Shown one piece after another: positions 1 to 11,200 of a DNA stretch of 22,337 bases. The stretch comes from Vitrella brassicaformis CCMP3155 (Eukaryota > Protista > Chromerida), in assembly GCA_001179505.1 (NCBI GenBank), contig CDMY01000774.1, forward strand, positions 1-22,337, written 5' to 3'. Each line of letters begins with the position of its first letter. Positions within the stretch are counted from its first letter, which is position 1. The notes beneath the pieces are model-generated. The model was given only the letters and a program-made list of their open reading frames with translations. It was not told the origin of the DNA and ran no database searches. The translations under genes and the position numbers were made by a program.

Positions 1-325
1 ACCCGAGGGCGAAGCACGAGGGTGCATACCTGGCGAGTTCAATCCCCGAAAGGGCGCTTTTGCTTCTCCATGCAACGTCCGTGGCTGCCGTGTGCTCAGC
101 CGGAGAGGCCGGGAGACTGTTTTTTTGTTTGTTTTTTTTCGCGAACTCGATTTTTCTTTTCTGCTTGGCGAACTGTCTAGGCCTTTTCACCAAGCTCAAA
201 GTGAGGGCCCACCTCCCAACTAACTCATGACCGTCATGAGGTGCCTGTCCGGTGGGTGGCTAGACAGGCCGAGTGCGTGCTCTCGTGCATGTGCGTGTCT
301 CGCTAAACACAACAATGTAATAGTC

Positions 326-3300
326 CTACGCATCGTCTCGTGAGTGGGCGCTACTCCTGACGTTGGATCGTCGCTTGATCTGCATGTCGCCTCGCTGACC
401 GGCCTGCCCTCCCCGCCCGACATCGTGGTGGCTGGATATCGACGCTCGACGGGAAGTTTCAGCTTCGACCATGCTCAAGATGCTGAGATTTAATTCAGGA
501 TGCATTCCGAATTAGCACATGATGATGTGGCCTACCCTTCCGCACTAGCTTGCAATTCTTCCTCGCTCTTCGGGGACCGGTCTGTCACGTATGGAAGGAA
601 GGGACAGCGCAGCAACACATACACGAGAGGATAGAAGAGGTGCTCGTGTCTGCTTCTTTGCCCCGCCACAAGAGCCTACCAAATCCAAAGGCTTCCGCAC
701 AAGTCCTCATCTAAACATCTCATACACCGAATCCGTCCCCTAAACAGGATGAGTTAGAGGTCCCTCCCTTACCGCCAGGTTGTCCCGCTGTGCCCCAAGC
801 TGTTTGTTGATTTCGTGTGCCAGCTCACTGCGGTCGCCCCCGCACTCAACCTCCGTCGCAACAGCCACACTGCATGGACAGAACAGAGAACAAGATGGTG
901 ATCCGTGTCGCATGTCTCTCCGATAATATCCATACACTATCTTTCGTACCCGACAGTGAGGACTTGCCTGTCCTCAAGATTTAGACCGTCAAGCCCCTCG
1001 TACTCATCGACTACAAATGCACCAGTCGAGCACGCAACAGTCAGGCCACCTTCGCTCGCATCAGCATGCATGCATACACGAAGGCCTCCTTGTTGTGTCC
1101 GTCCGCTTATGCATGGAGTGAAGTTCGCACCTGCTGGCGATGCACCAACTGCCTGGGCGGAACCTGACGGCGCCATACCATTGAGCACACCAGTGACAGC
1201 CCCGCAGGTAAGAAATTTCATCGTATCGCTTAATGGTCGACTGGGCAGCGTTATACCTGTGTGGTCAAGGTGGGTGTCTCGCAACATTGCGAACCGCATG
1301 CGCTCATGCTGTACCACCCTCAAATCGTGCTCCACTTGCAACATCTCATCCTGACAATGCAAGCATCCAATGCACGTGTGCATCTACCCCCAGACCCTTT
1401 TCTCCGGTCACCTGCAGTTTCTGGATCTTCTGCTGCATGGTAAATTCCATTTTGTCCACGCGGAGGGGCCGGGAAGCCGGGCACTGAGAAGCATCACCAT
1501 CGTCCGCCTGCGACTCCAGCGAGCTGCTACACGGCCGCCTCTCGGCGGCGCGTTTGCGGTACTCAATCTCGCTCTCCGCTGCCAGATAGGCGCTCTGCAG
1601 GTGGAGTGTGCCATGGGTAAACAGCAGAGAGGCACAGCAGGCGGGTTCACGTGCGTTCGTGCGTGTGTGTGGGCTGGTGGTACGTCCTCTTGATCACCTT
1701 GTCGCTTTCCACTTCTTCTGCTTTGACCTGTGCTGCAAGGGTGTCTTGCGTCTGCTCGTCGAATGCCCTGTTCTGTTGCTCTACATCGGTCCTGGTGCCA
1801 CACAGCTGCAAAGACAAGAGTAAAACGCACAACGGATTCCGGCAAGCATTGCTCACCCATCCCACCCACCTGGAGAATGACGTCTTCCACCTGCTGCTTT
1901 GCCCGAGCCCTCTCGGCATCGTCAGCATCCAAACCCTGTGGAGGTGAAGAGATAAGGGCGGAGGAAAGGAGGACAGAAAAGGTGACAGTGTCGGGTGAGG
2001 GATCTGTGAGTGCACACGGCTTCGGCCCATTTGTCTGTGTCAACCTCTTTGTGGCTCACCTGCTCCAGCTGTTTCGCATCAGAACGCAACTTGGCCTGCG
2101 GACCACAGACAAAGGACACGATTCTCGGCAACTTGACATGTCCCGCTCCCCTCCATGTGTCGAGATCATCTCTACCAGGTTGTCATTGATCGCTACAAAC
2201 TCCCGATGCTCCTCAACATTGCGTCGAGCACCGGTCGTGTTGCCTTCAGCCTTGCTACCACCGCCTCCCATCACTCCTTCGCCGCCCACCCCAGCGGTCT
2301 CCTCGGCCCTGCCAGCCCTGGTGTGCCTCGACCGGTGCTTTTTCTTGACCGTTTTGCCGCCTCCCATGGCCCCTTCTATCGGCCCAACGGGATCGTCCCC
2401 CACATCCAGCTCCCCTGCCATGTCAAGGCCCGTCGGGGACTCGATCAGCTCGTCTGCGCCACCGGGGAATAGGTGGGCGGCACTCGCACTGACATCAGAG
2501 ACTGAGGCACCCGCTGCAGCCGGTGGTGGAGGTGCTGCAGAGGAAAGTGCGGGGTTGTCGTCGAGTCGATCGCCCCCCTCTGCGTCATAGTAGCGCAGCG
2601 ATTGGCTCTGAGGTGTGACGTCGGGGCGCAACATCGCACCGTTGGTGTTGACATGGCCCTCCTCGACATCCACGAAGTCACACGACGACTCGGCTCCATC
2701 GGCATCGCCCAATGGAGGCTCGAGGGCGGCCTGCAGTGTCTGGCCCTCACGCGCCGCATCACCGACCACCATTTCTGAGTCGCCGTCGACGTCGCCCACG
2801 GCAGGGGCAGCAGAACCTGTTGGTTGGGACGGACGGACGAAGCGACAGAGAGACAGGTGCACAGTTTGTGGTTGTATGTTTTGCCAGCTTACTGTCGACG
2901 TGTGTTTGGTTGGAGGCCCTCTGTGTTGCCGAGAGGAATGGCATGTGGCCAGGGGCTTGCTCGGCCTGTGCGGCACCTTGGTCTTCTGCGGTCTTCTCCT
3001 TTGACCCGCTGCGACCCTTCTGCAGACATTCAGTCGATGGAAGCGCCCGTATCTGTCTTGGCAGTCTGATGCATGTCAGCTGTTGCTAGGTGTCCTTCAC
3101 CCTCCGCTCCCACCTTTCGTTGGCTCTGCTTGTCCTTGCCTTTGCGCGCTTCCTCCGCGATGAGCTTGCGGGCGTTCTCAGCGGCCCTCTGGTCCGCCTT
3201 CTTCAGGTCCGCCTCAGCCGTCTTGCGAATCAACTCAGCACAATCCTGGCAATATATCGACATGTGACGATCAGATAATGGGCATGAACATGCATAAGGA

Positions 3301-5420
3301 ATTCGTTTCTTCATTCATCTGCAATCTGTCATTGTAAGCGACTGACCTTGTGTCCCCTCTTGGCCGCCATTCTCTCTGCGCTTTCATTGTCCCTGTTGAC
3401 GGCGGCAACGTCGATGAGGGGCAGTATGTCGGGTCCCAGTAGCCACCTGATCAGCTTCTTTCTGCCGGCCCTGGCCGCCACGTGGAGGGGCAGGTTGCCC
3501 TCGCTGTCTGGCTGCCGAAGAGCGGCGGTGAAGTCTTCGCCGCCGTACTCCTTGAGCACCTTGAGCAGCTCAACCGCATCGCGCTCCAACTCATCCTCGC
3601 TGTGGCGATTCTCAACCCACTCTACTGAGACAGATTAATGGACGGGTCGATGGTGCACCCAACACAACACAACACAACACAACACGACACGACACGACAC
3701 GACATGACATGACATGACAGGGACCTTTGTGCGAGTGTGTGCCCTGACCATTGTCATTGTCTGTGGCTTTGCCAGTCTCTCTTTCGACGTCCTCGTTCGG
3801 TCGCTCGCTTGAGGCTGATGCAGCAGCGGCGGCGGCGGGTGGGTCAGCGGCAGCGTGTGTCTTGGTGACAGTCCTGCGCACTAGGTTGGAGCGCTCGCCT
3901 CTGGGTGGCCCTTCGCACGCCATGTGCACAAACGTGACAGAATCCCAACGACCTGACAATCCAATCAACGAAAGGGAAGAAAAGGGCATCGTATGGTTGC
4001 CTTGTCAGTGTTTTTTGTCTTGTACGGCTCTATTGCGACGTACTTTTGCGCGGTGTTCTGTTGGTGTGTGGGTTGTGTGGGTTTTGTATGTTGGTCTGCA
4101 GGATGGGCCTTTCGCGCTCGGACTTGTCCTTGACGATCACCTCCAACTTGTAACCCTTCTTCATGTCAGAATCTGAGCAGGGGACAGTCACGGTCATTCA
4201 TGTACCCCACATTGATGCCCTGTGCTCGCCCTTGTACTCTTCATGAGGAGGAATTTGGCCTCGTTGGGTCTCGCCCAGAAGCACGCGGCGCCCAACGGAG
4301 ACGATGTGACGTATTCAATTTGCTTTGCTGACCAAAGAAATCACAGCAGACACACCATCCACGCATCAATTCACCCGCTCAGGCAGCCATCCATCCTCGT
4401 GTCGTGGCTAACTGACGTTTGCGCAGGATGGATATCGGTCCGATGGCCTCGGTGTCCACCTTGTCCGTCTGTGCCAGTTTCTGATACAAATCAGGGGAGC
4501 GGCGCACTTTGATTTTGGTATGGAGAGGCCTCACTTATCCGTACCACAAGCATGCGGAGGTTGCCGAGCATCACAGCCTGGGTCACCATGGGGGTCGGCA
4601 CGTAATCTACGGACTCATAACCACACGCACACCATGGATATAGTGTAGAGCTAGTTGGGTACATTGTGGCTTGACTCGATTGAGCGACGGTACCTTTGGT
4701 GATCATGGTGGCTGGTTCGTTGTCTGGCTTAGCGAGCTGCAGCGGTTGCTCGATGAGCATGTGGTGGAAGTTGAGGTCACCGTTCCTCTTGAGTATCTCC
4801 TTCTTGTACTTGAGCAACAGATCTAACGCCTTGCCCTGGTTGAACGTCACCGCACCCTGCTCAAGCGGTAGGCAGACCAGTGGCGATGCACACGACCCGA
4901 CCCCTTCCCGTCTCACTCCTTATGCTTTGTTCTTCAGCGACCTTCTCACCTGTATGGCCGAGTCGACGGCGTTGAGATGGACGACTTTGGGCATCATGGC
5001 CATCCTGGCTTGCAGCCACAGGAGGTTGGGCTTGGTGAGGTCGCCCAGCGTGGTCGTGCCGTCCTCATCGGTGGCGTACGCGCGGATCTCGACGGCGATG
5101 TCGTCAGGGTCCAAGGACAGCCGCCGCTCCGCGGCCTCATGACCCTCATCCTCACTCCTACGCGCCCTCGCAGCCTTGCTCCTCTCACGCGCAGCAGATC
5201 TCTCGCGAGTGACTTTGCGCTTGGCCTTGCTGTCTGCTTCGTCGGCATCCTCCTCCCTCACCAGGGAATACAGGTGACACAGGCACTAAAGCGGGGAAGG
5301 AGGGAGAGAGAAGGATGCACCGACATCCTAATCCATCTGTGTGCTCACTTGTAAGAGTTCCTGGTGTCGAGCTGGGTCTTGAGAGTCAATGTCAAATAGA
5401 TCAGGTTGTTGTCTACTCAT
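326..5420 (-). CDS. Multi-exon ankyrin-repeat and coiled-coil hypothetical protein (~1,000-1,100 aa, 20+ exons; 3' end uncertain)
   Basis: ATG at 5420 (MSRQQPDLFDIDSQDPARHQELLQ). Phase-consistent GT-AG exons include 5349-5420, 4950-5285, 4694-4856, 4545-4606, 4417-4480, 3114-3245, 2893-3019, 2176-2816, 2060-2095, 1870-1935, 1698-1805, 1412-1594, 1257-1350 and ~773-870. Splicing 3347|3245 gives a clear ankyrin pair: GNLPLHVAARAGRKKLIRWLL...VAAVNRDNESAERMAAKRGHK|DCAELI. Below 773 the phases are ambiguous; the stop could be near 545 or 326. Confidence 0.8.
3661..3720. repeat. Compound pentanucleotide microsatellite in an intron
   Basis: (AACAC)5(GACAC)3(GACAT)3(GACAG)1, read directly from the sequence. 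Confidence 0.95.
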
Positions 5421-5706
5421 CCCTGGTCTTGTTTACCGCGCTGAGCTTTGTTTCATCTATTTGGCCTAGAGCAGAGTGACTGTCCTAACTGAGCTGTCCT
5501 GCCCACGCCGATAGCCATTCCACCTGTGAGCTTAGAAGAGGGGGAGGACGTATGTCGTACAAGCAGGTACATGCACGCCTATGCACGCCTATGCCCCCAT
5601 CTACCGTTCGTACAATGTATTCTCTCATTGCAGCGAGGTCCTCTCTATCAGGTGCCATTCTCTCTTCAAGCGAGGACAATAAGCAAAACATATATAATGT
5701 TCGCAG

Positions 5707-7708
5707 ATGTTCCGTCCCATAAGGCGGCTGCATCGGCGACTGAAGGAGTTCGACAGCTACCTGTACATGACCAAGAAGCTGGAGGTACCCATGCACAGGA
5801 TATCATACAGGCCTGTGTCGCTCCTGCATTCTTATCCTTTGTGTATCTCCTGTAGTATTACAAATGGGCATTCCTGTCAGTGACTCACAAAAAGGCAACA
5901 GAGAGGCCATGAGCACCGACAAGCACTGTGTGCGTATGTTGTCAGGAACCACCCGAGCATGGTTCGTTTCCGTGAGTCGGTCAAGTTCGCCGAGCAGATG
6001 TCGCGTCGCAACACAGAGGAGGTCGGCGGGCGGGCCAGTCAGGCCATCGACGGCCTCCGCGAGCGGCTCTCGCGCCAGCCCTTCTGGGAGTGGTTCAACG
6101 AGTGGACCAAGGACATCGCCGGCAACAACCGCAAGTTCATCATCCGCCATTATGTCCGGGCCGCAAGGGTGCTCGAGCGGTACCACCCCTACCGCAATGC
6201 AACGGTCGCACAAGTGACCAATGCCGTCAAGGAGAGCGATGTGGGAAGGTTTATAAGGAGTTACTGGCGGAGCATCCCCTACCCAATGACCTACTCTCTC
6301 ATTGCGGTCAACGGGGCGATATTTCTGATCTGGTGCATACATAGAGCCCGGGAACGACAAGATATTAAAGCTTTCTGTCTGCCCACGTAGGTCTCTGGCG
6401 CGTGAGGGAAGATACTGGGAGAGGGCAGAGATGGTAGGATGAGCCAGACAATGACACACCCCACAAGGCGTTTGCGTGGTGTAGATCTGTGTTGGTCGGT
6501 GTGCGTCGTGTTGTGTCGTGTCAGTACATGTCCCCCACTTTCATCAGCTTGGCTTTCATGTGGAGGTCAGCTGAACAGCACAAATCCCAACAGAACGCAC
6601 AGGCAGTACGGGTGGATGTGTGGATCTGTATGTGTACATCAGGCACTTTAGTCTGTCATGGGACAAGCTGCGTCGTGGCTACTGGCACACGTTGATCCTG
6701 TGCAACTTCTCACACAATCATCTCACACACGCCCTATTCAACGGCGTCACACTCTTCTTCTTCGGAAGGTAGGGAGTGGACGGGCGCACACGGCAGGAAG
6801 GAACCTCACTGAGAAAGAGAATCTGCCTGTCTTGTGTTGCAGGATGCTCGAGTCAGAGCTGGGTGGGAAACAGCTGTTTGCTATCTATATGGTACACACA
6901 GCACTGCACAGCCAATGCAGTCAGTCAGTGAGCCAAGTCTCTGGAGGCCGATGGTCTGAACGAGTTTCTTGCTGTTCTTGCCGTGTGCGTTCTTCACCCA
7001 GCTGTGTGGCATGGTGGGCAGCCTGGTGCAGGTGGGCAGACCCATTTAGCCAGCGCATGTGCCTGCCATTAATGTGTGATGTGACCAGGCCTACACGATG
7101 AAGGAAGAGGACAGGGGACGGAGTCCATGGTAAGACTCAACTGGTCAACACGCACGTGGGAGTACTCACGTTATTTAGCTGAGATTCTACTTAGCTTAGA
7201 TTCATCTCTCTCCCATGTGGGAATGAATGTGTGTGCTGTGCGGCTGTGCGTGACTCAGTTTGGGTGCGAGTGCGGCCATCTACGGTTTGATGATGATGGC
7301 TGTGTGCCGCAACCCGGGCATGAAGGTGGCTCTCTACGGAGTCGTCCAGGCGCCACTGGTAGTCAATCAGCCTACTCACCTTCATAGATACACGCAGACA
7401 CAAGGCTTGTGCATGTGTGCCATGTTGAGTGTGCAGGGTCTGGTGCTGGCCCTCCTCTTCCTGTACGAGAACCTAATCCCCCAACCAAAGGAAGGTACGC
7501 ACCACGCCACGCATCGTGCATACTTATGTGGCACACCGCCAATTCGTACGTGCCGTGCCGTCAGCTGGCTCGACCGGGCATTTCGGGGGCATCATCGCGG
7601 GTAGGCACTCTCCTATCTCTCCGCCAACAAACGTACACAAACGTCTCTGCATATCGGTACGTGTGGCGTGCAGGGGCGCTGCTGCATTTCCTCATCTATC
7701 GCGTGTGA
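5707..7708 (+). CDS. Rhomboid-family intramembrane serine protease, PARL/ROM6-like (probably mitochondrial), 13 exons
   Basis: The spliced product has NFSHNHLTHALFNGVTLFFFG, catalytic-Ser motif SPC|LGASAAIYG (~7260-7290) and catalytic-His motif GSTGHFGGIIA|GALLHFLIYRV* (stop 7706-7708). All junctions are phase-consistent. The Arg-rich N-terminus MFRPIRRLHRRLKEF resembles a mitochondrial presequence. The subfamily call is inference, and an upstream coding exon cannot be excluded. Confidence 0.88.
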
Positions 7709-7861
7709 TCCCGAAGAGATCAATGCATCGTCGTGGTGTGGGTGTGGTGTGGGTGGGTGGGGGACATTGCTGTGCTGCTGTGCGGTCTTGCTGCGAAGGA
7801 AGCCCGCCAACAACACAATGAAGTTCAGGACGGGGCTAGAGGGTCACTTCTACAGGGAGGG

Positions 7862-7898
7862 CCACTCCTACAGGGAGAGGCCCTCCCTGTAGGAGTGG
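7862..7898. repeat. Perfect 16-bp inverted repeat (hairpin) between convergent genes
   Basis: CCACTCCTACAGGGAG (7862-7877), loop AGGCC, then CTCCCTGTAGGAGTGG (7883-7898). Confidence 0.95.
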
Positions 7899-8293
7899 GA
7901 GAAACAAACCTTGGTTGATGCAGGCGAGAGGCGGCCAGAGCGGCAGCTCAACAAGCGTGTGCAGACATCGCTGCAGCAGACAGACGCTTTTGCCCCGTAT
8001 CCAGCCGGGCAGAGGCCGCAGTAGCTAGACATAGTCAATACGGGTTTTCCGCTGACTACGGCCTTCACAAGCTGCGCTGCATCGATCTGTCGATGGATGG
8101 ACGGATATACTGGCGGATGGCAAGTGTATGTCTGATTTCGCCGGGCTGCGCCCTCGGCTATTTTGTCCTGTGATCTCGCTCCACGCCAGCCATGTGACAC
8201 ATATTTCATATGTACGGTACTCGTTCAAGGCGTCGGAATCCGTATGCCCACAGCAGCCTTTAAATGTCCAAATGTCCAACAGCTCCACACACT

Positions 8294-11200
8294 TCATCCA
8301 TTCACATGCATCTTGCCATACTCATCCCCATCCACGCCTTCCTCATACACGTTGACGCCATCCCGCTGAGCGTTGGGCAGCGTAATGCCCCAGGCAGACG
8401 CCGCCACCCTCCGAGGTGCAGTGGTGGGGTCGTCATGTACATGTGGCTGTGGGGTGACAGTCGCCTCTTCTCCCCAACATGACGAGTCCTTGTTGATGGT
8501 CTCGTACAAGTGGGATGCAAGCTTCCTCGAGTCGTGGGACAGAGACGACATGAACTGCGCATTGACGTCGATCGGTCTGCAAGGACACACCACCATACAG
8601 TGAGAACACAAAAACACTTTGTCTTGGCTCCACCTCCATCCCATAGCCTCGAGCAGTCGCTGTCTCAGCGCCACCCCGCCGGCAGAGTTCATGTCGATGA
8701 CCCAGTCATCTGGCCGCGCTCCTTTGTCGGGAGGCTTGTCCAGGCCCTCGTCCATGAGCAGGAGGCGCGAGGGGGTCCCCATTGCACCCGACGTGTCGCC
8801 CTTCTCGAGTGGCGCCATGGGGGTGTCGCCAGCAAGGAAGAAGAGCATGCCGTGCTCGGCTGACGCTATGTCGGCGCGAAACGGGGTCGACGGGACCTGA
8901 GGATTAAAGAGAAACGAGGCCGCATGTCATGAACCTGCTGGTTGCGACGGTGCTCCCTCGCGCCTGCTCAAACTCACTTTGTAGTCCCTGGTGTGGGGCA
9001 GTAGGCACTGCCTGAGGGCATCCTCGATGACAGCTAGTCGGGCGGCACCGCCTGTGTGTTGCCTGGGGAAAAACAGCGTCTCACTCTGCCTGGAGGGGTC
9101 ATCAAAGAACTGCTCGAAGTGCCGGATGGAGAGAAATGACGCTCTCAACGCTGACGCACCCGTGGGGGACACCAAATGCTGAATTGAGCAAGGAAGCGAC
9201 ACAAAAGGAGGGGCATAGATGAGATGCAGGTATACATCGATGGTCGGGTCACTTGAGCTGCGAGCCATCCTGCTCTGAGTCTGGGCAGCGTGGCACCCTC
9301 AAAGGCCAGCCAGCTCGACGCGCTGGGCTGGGCCGCACTCAGATCCTCAAACCTGTGCACAGTCAAACACCCATTGAGCACCGTGGCTGAATTGGCTGAC
9401 TCGCTCCATGCGCACCGTTGCCCAAGCATCAACAAGACATCCAGCGGCAGATAATCCAGGGCGGCAAACGACCACAGGATCGCCCCAATCTGACAGGAAA
9501 CGGCGGAAGCACCACGTGAAGAATCGTGACACGTATGAGGCGAGAATGCCTATCGTCCATACCGAAGGGATAGTGAGTTGGTCCTTGAGGATGTGCAAGC
9601 GCAGCGCGGCACGGCGTAGCAGCGCCTCTCGCTGACCTGCACGTATCGATGTCTCTGTGCTCGAGGGGTCGGAGCCCAGCAAACGCGCCGCACTCACGCA
9701 CAGACTCGACAGCTGCATGCAGCACTCATGAGGGGCAGGCACGATGCCATCCATCCCTCGAGGTGTCTGTCCCATTTTACCTGGTTGATGTCGAGCACTT
9801 GCAGTGAGACACCCACTTTGTCGACTGCACACTGGTGACAGACATACAGACAGACAGACAGACGTGTCACAGAGAGGGCATATAGCCATGCACATGTGCG
9901 CGATTGCGGTTTGCATCTTACCCCGAGAGGCCGCGGTGTAGCGGTATTTGTGTCTGCAGGTGCGTTGGGTTCTAGGGCAGTCTGGGGGAAGTGGCTGGCC
10001 TCATCCAACACCTGACGTGTACGTATCAACCCACGTTGGTACACGGATGGGTGCATGGATGGATGGACAGGCACATGATTGTTGCTGTCGTGTCAGGTGC
10101 TCAGTCATCCGATGCATACCGTAAGCCACAGCCGCATGACCCTCCTTGGCGACCCGTGCAGTCCCTGCCCATCAAAGAAGGCGCTCAATGGCACGTCCTC
10201 GATCTTGGCCCAATCTGATCACACGCACAGTGTTCGCCTTGTCAAAGCACCCTTTCCTTCTCATCCGTCCGCTCATGTTGTCACTCACCTGTCCTGCCTT
10301 TCGGCAGTGCCTCGGAGGCGAGGTCGAGCTCCGCCTGCTGGACCCAGCTCCAGTCGGTGAGTGTCCTGAGGAGGATCTGCTGCCTGATGGGCCGCGTGAG
10401 TGCTCCCTGGCCGTGCAGCCGCTCCAGCAGCCCCAGGGACTGCCGAAGGCTCTCGCCCTGCAACCTGCTCTGCAGCACTGTGGCGCACTCACGGGCCAGC
10501 GGCATCAGAGACGCGTCATACTGACCGCGGCGCTCCAGGGCCTATACAAGAAAAACATGGATGTTTTCGTGTCCGTCCGTCCTTCTCGTCCGTCTGTGGT
10601 GTGACCTTGAGGATCTCCGTGAGTTTGTGTATGGTAAGGGTGTCCTTGGACTGCTCCACGAATGCCTTGACTATCTCATCCAGAGCCTCGTTGCCCGTTG
10701 GGGGCTTCCGCCCCGCTAGCCTGCAGAAGAGCGCCGCCAGCCGGCCCGTCGACACGACAACCTCGTGCTCCAGGTTGTGAACTTCACGCTGACGTTCCCG
10801 CATTCTCCGCCTGGCCTTGTCGCGTTCCTCTGGCTCGGGTGATTTCTCGTCGGCTGGCTGCGACCCGGACCCCTCATTAGCCGCCGCCTCAGGATCCATC
10901 TTAGCCGTGCTCTGGTCGGCTGCCGCAGCCGGTTTCTCAGCCTCTGGTTGCTCCTCCTCTATCGGCATACGCGTGACCTTGTCGACATCAGCGCGTGTCT
11001 TGCCGAGTCGGTCGCAGAGGTCTGTATGCTTGCTGACGGCCCGATTGATGGAGTCGCGGATGAGCTCCTCCTGCTCTGATGATGCCAGGTCGAGTGTGTC
11101 GAGGATGGGGATGTACTCGATCGTCTGCACGGGCGTGAGGGGGGTACCCAGGTGACGTACGCACTCGCACAGTGACACAAGACGCACCAGGGGACAACTC

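Noticed and set aside
25-110. U1 snRNA-like fragments (ATACCTGGC; GCTTCTCCATGCAAC)
   Set aside because: The 5' ACTTACCTG end is not intact, the U1-70K loop is absent or out of order, and no Sm site is properly placed.
1730-2590. Long plus-strand ORF (286 aa) and similar antisense ORFs (11529-12143, 14439-14975, 20124-20771)
   Set aside because: Shadow ORFs opposite GC-rich coding exons whose true strand is fixed by motifs and splice phases.
7668-7892. ORF ending at 7892 as the rhomboid's last exon
   Set aside because: The phase-consistent acceptor at ~7671 gives GALLHFLIYRV* (7708), which completes the last TM helix. The longer ORF is in another frame.
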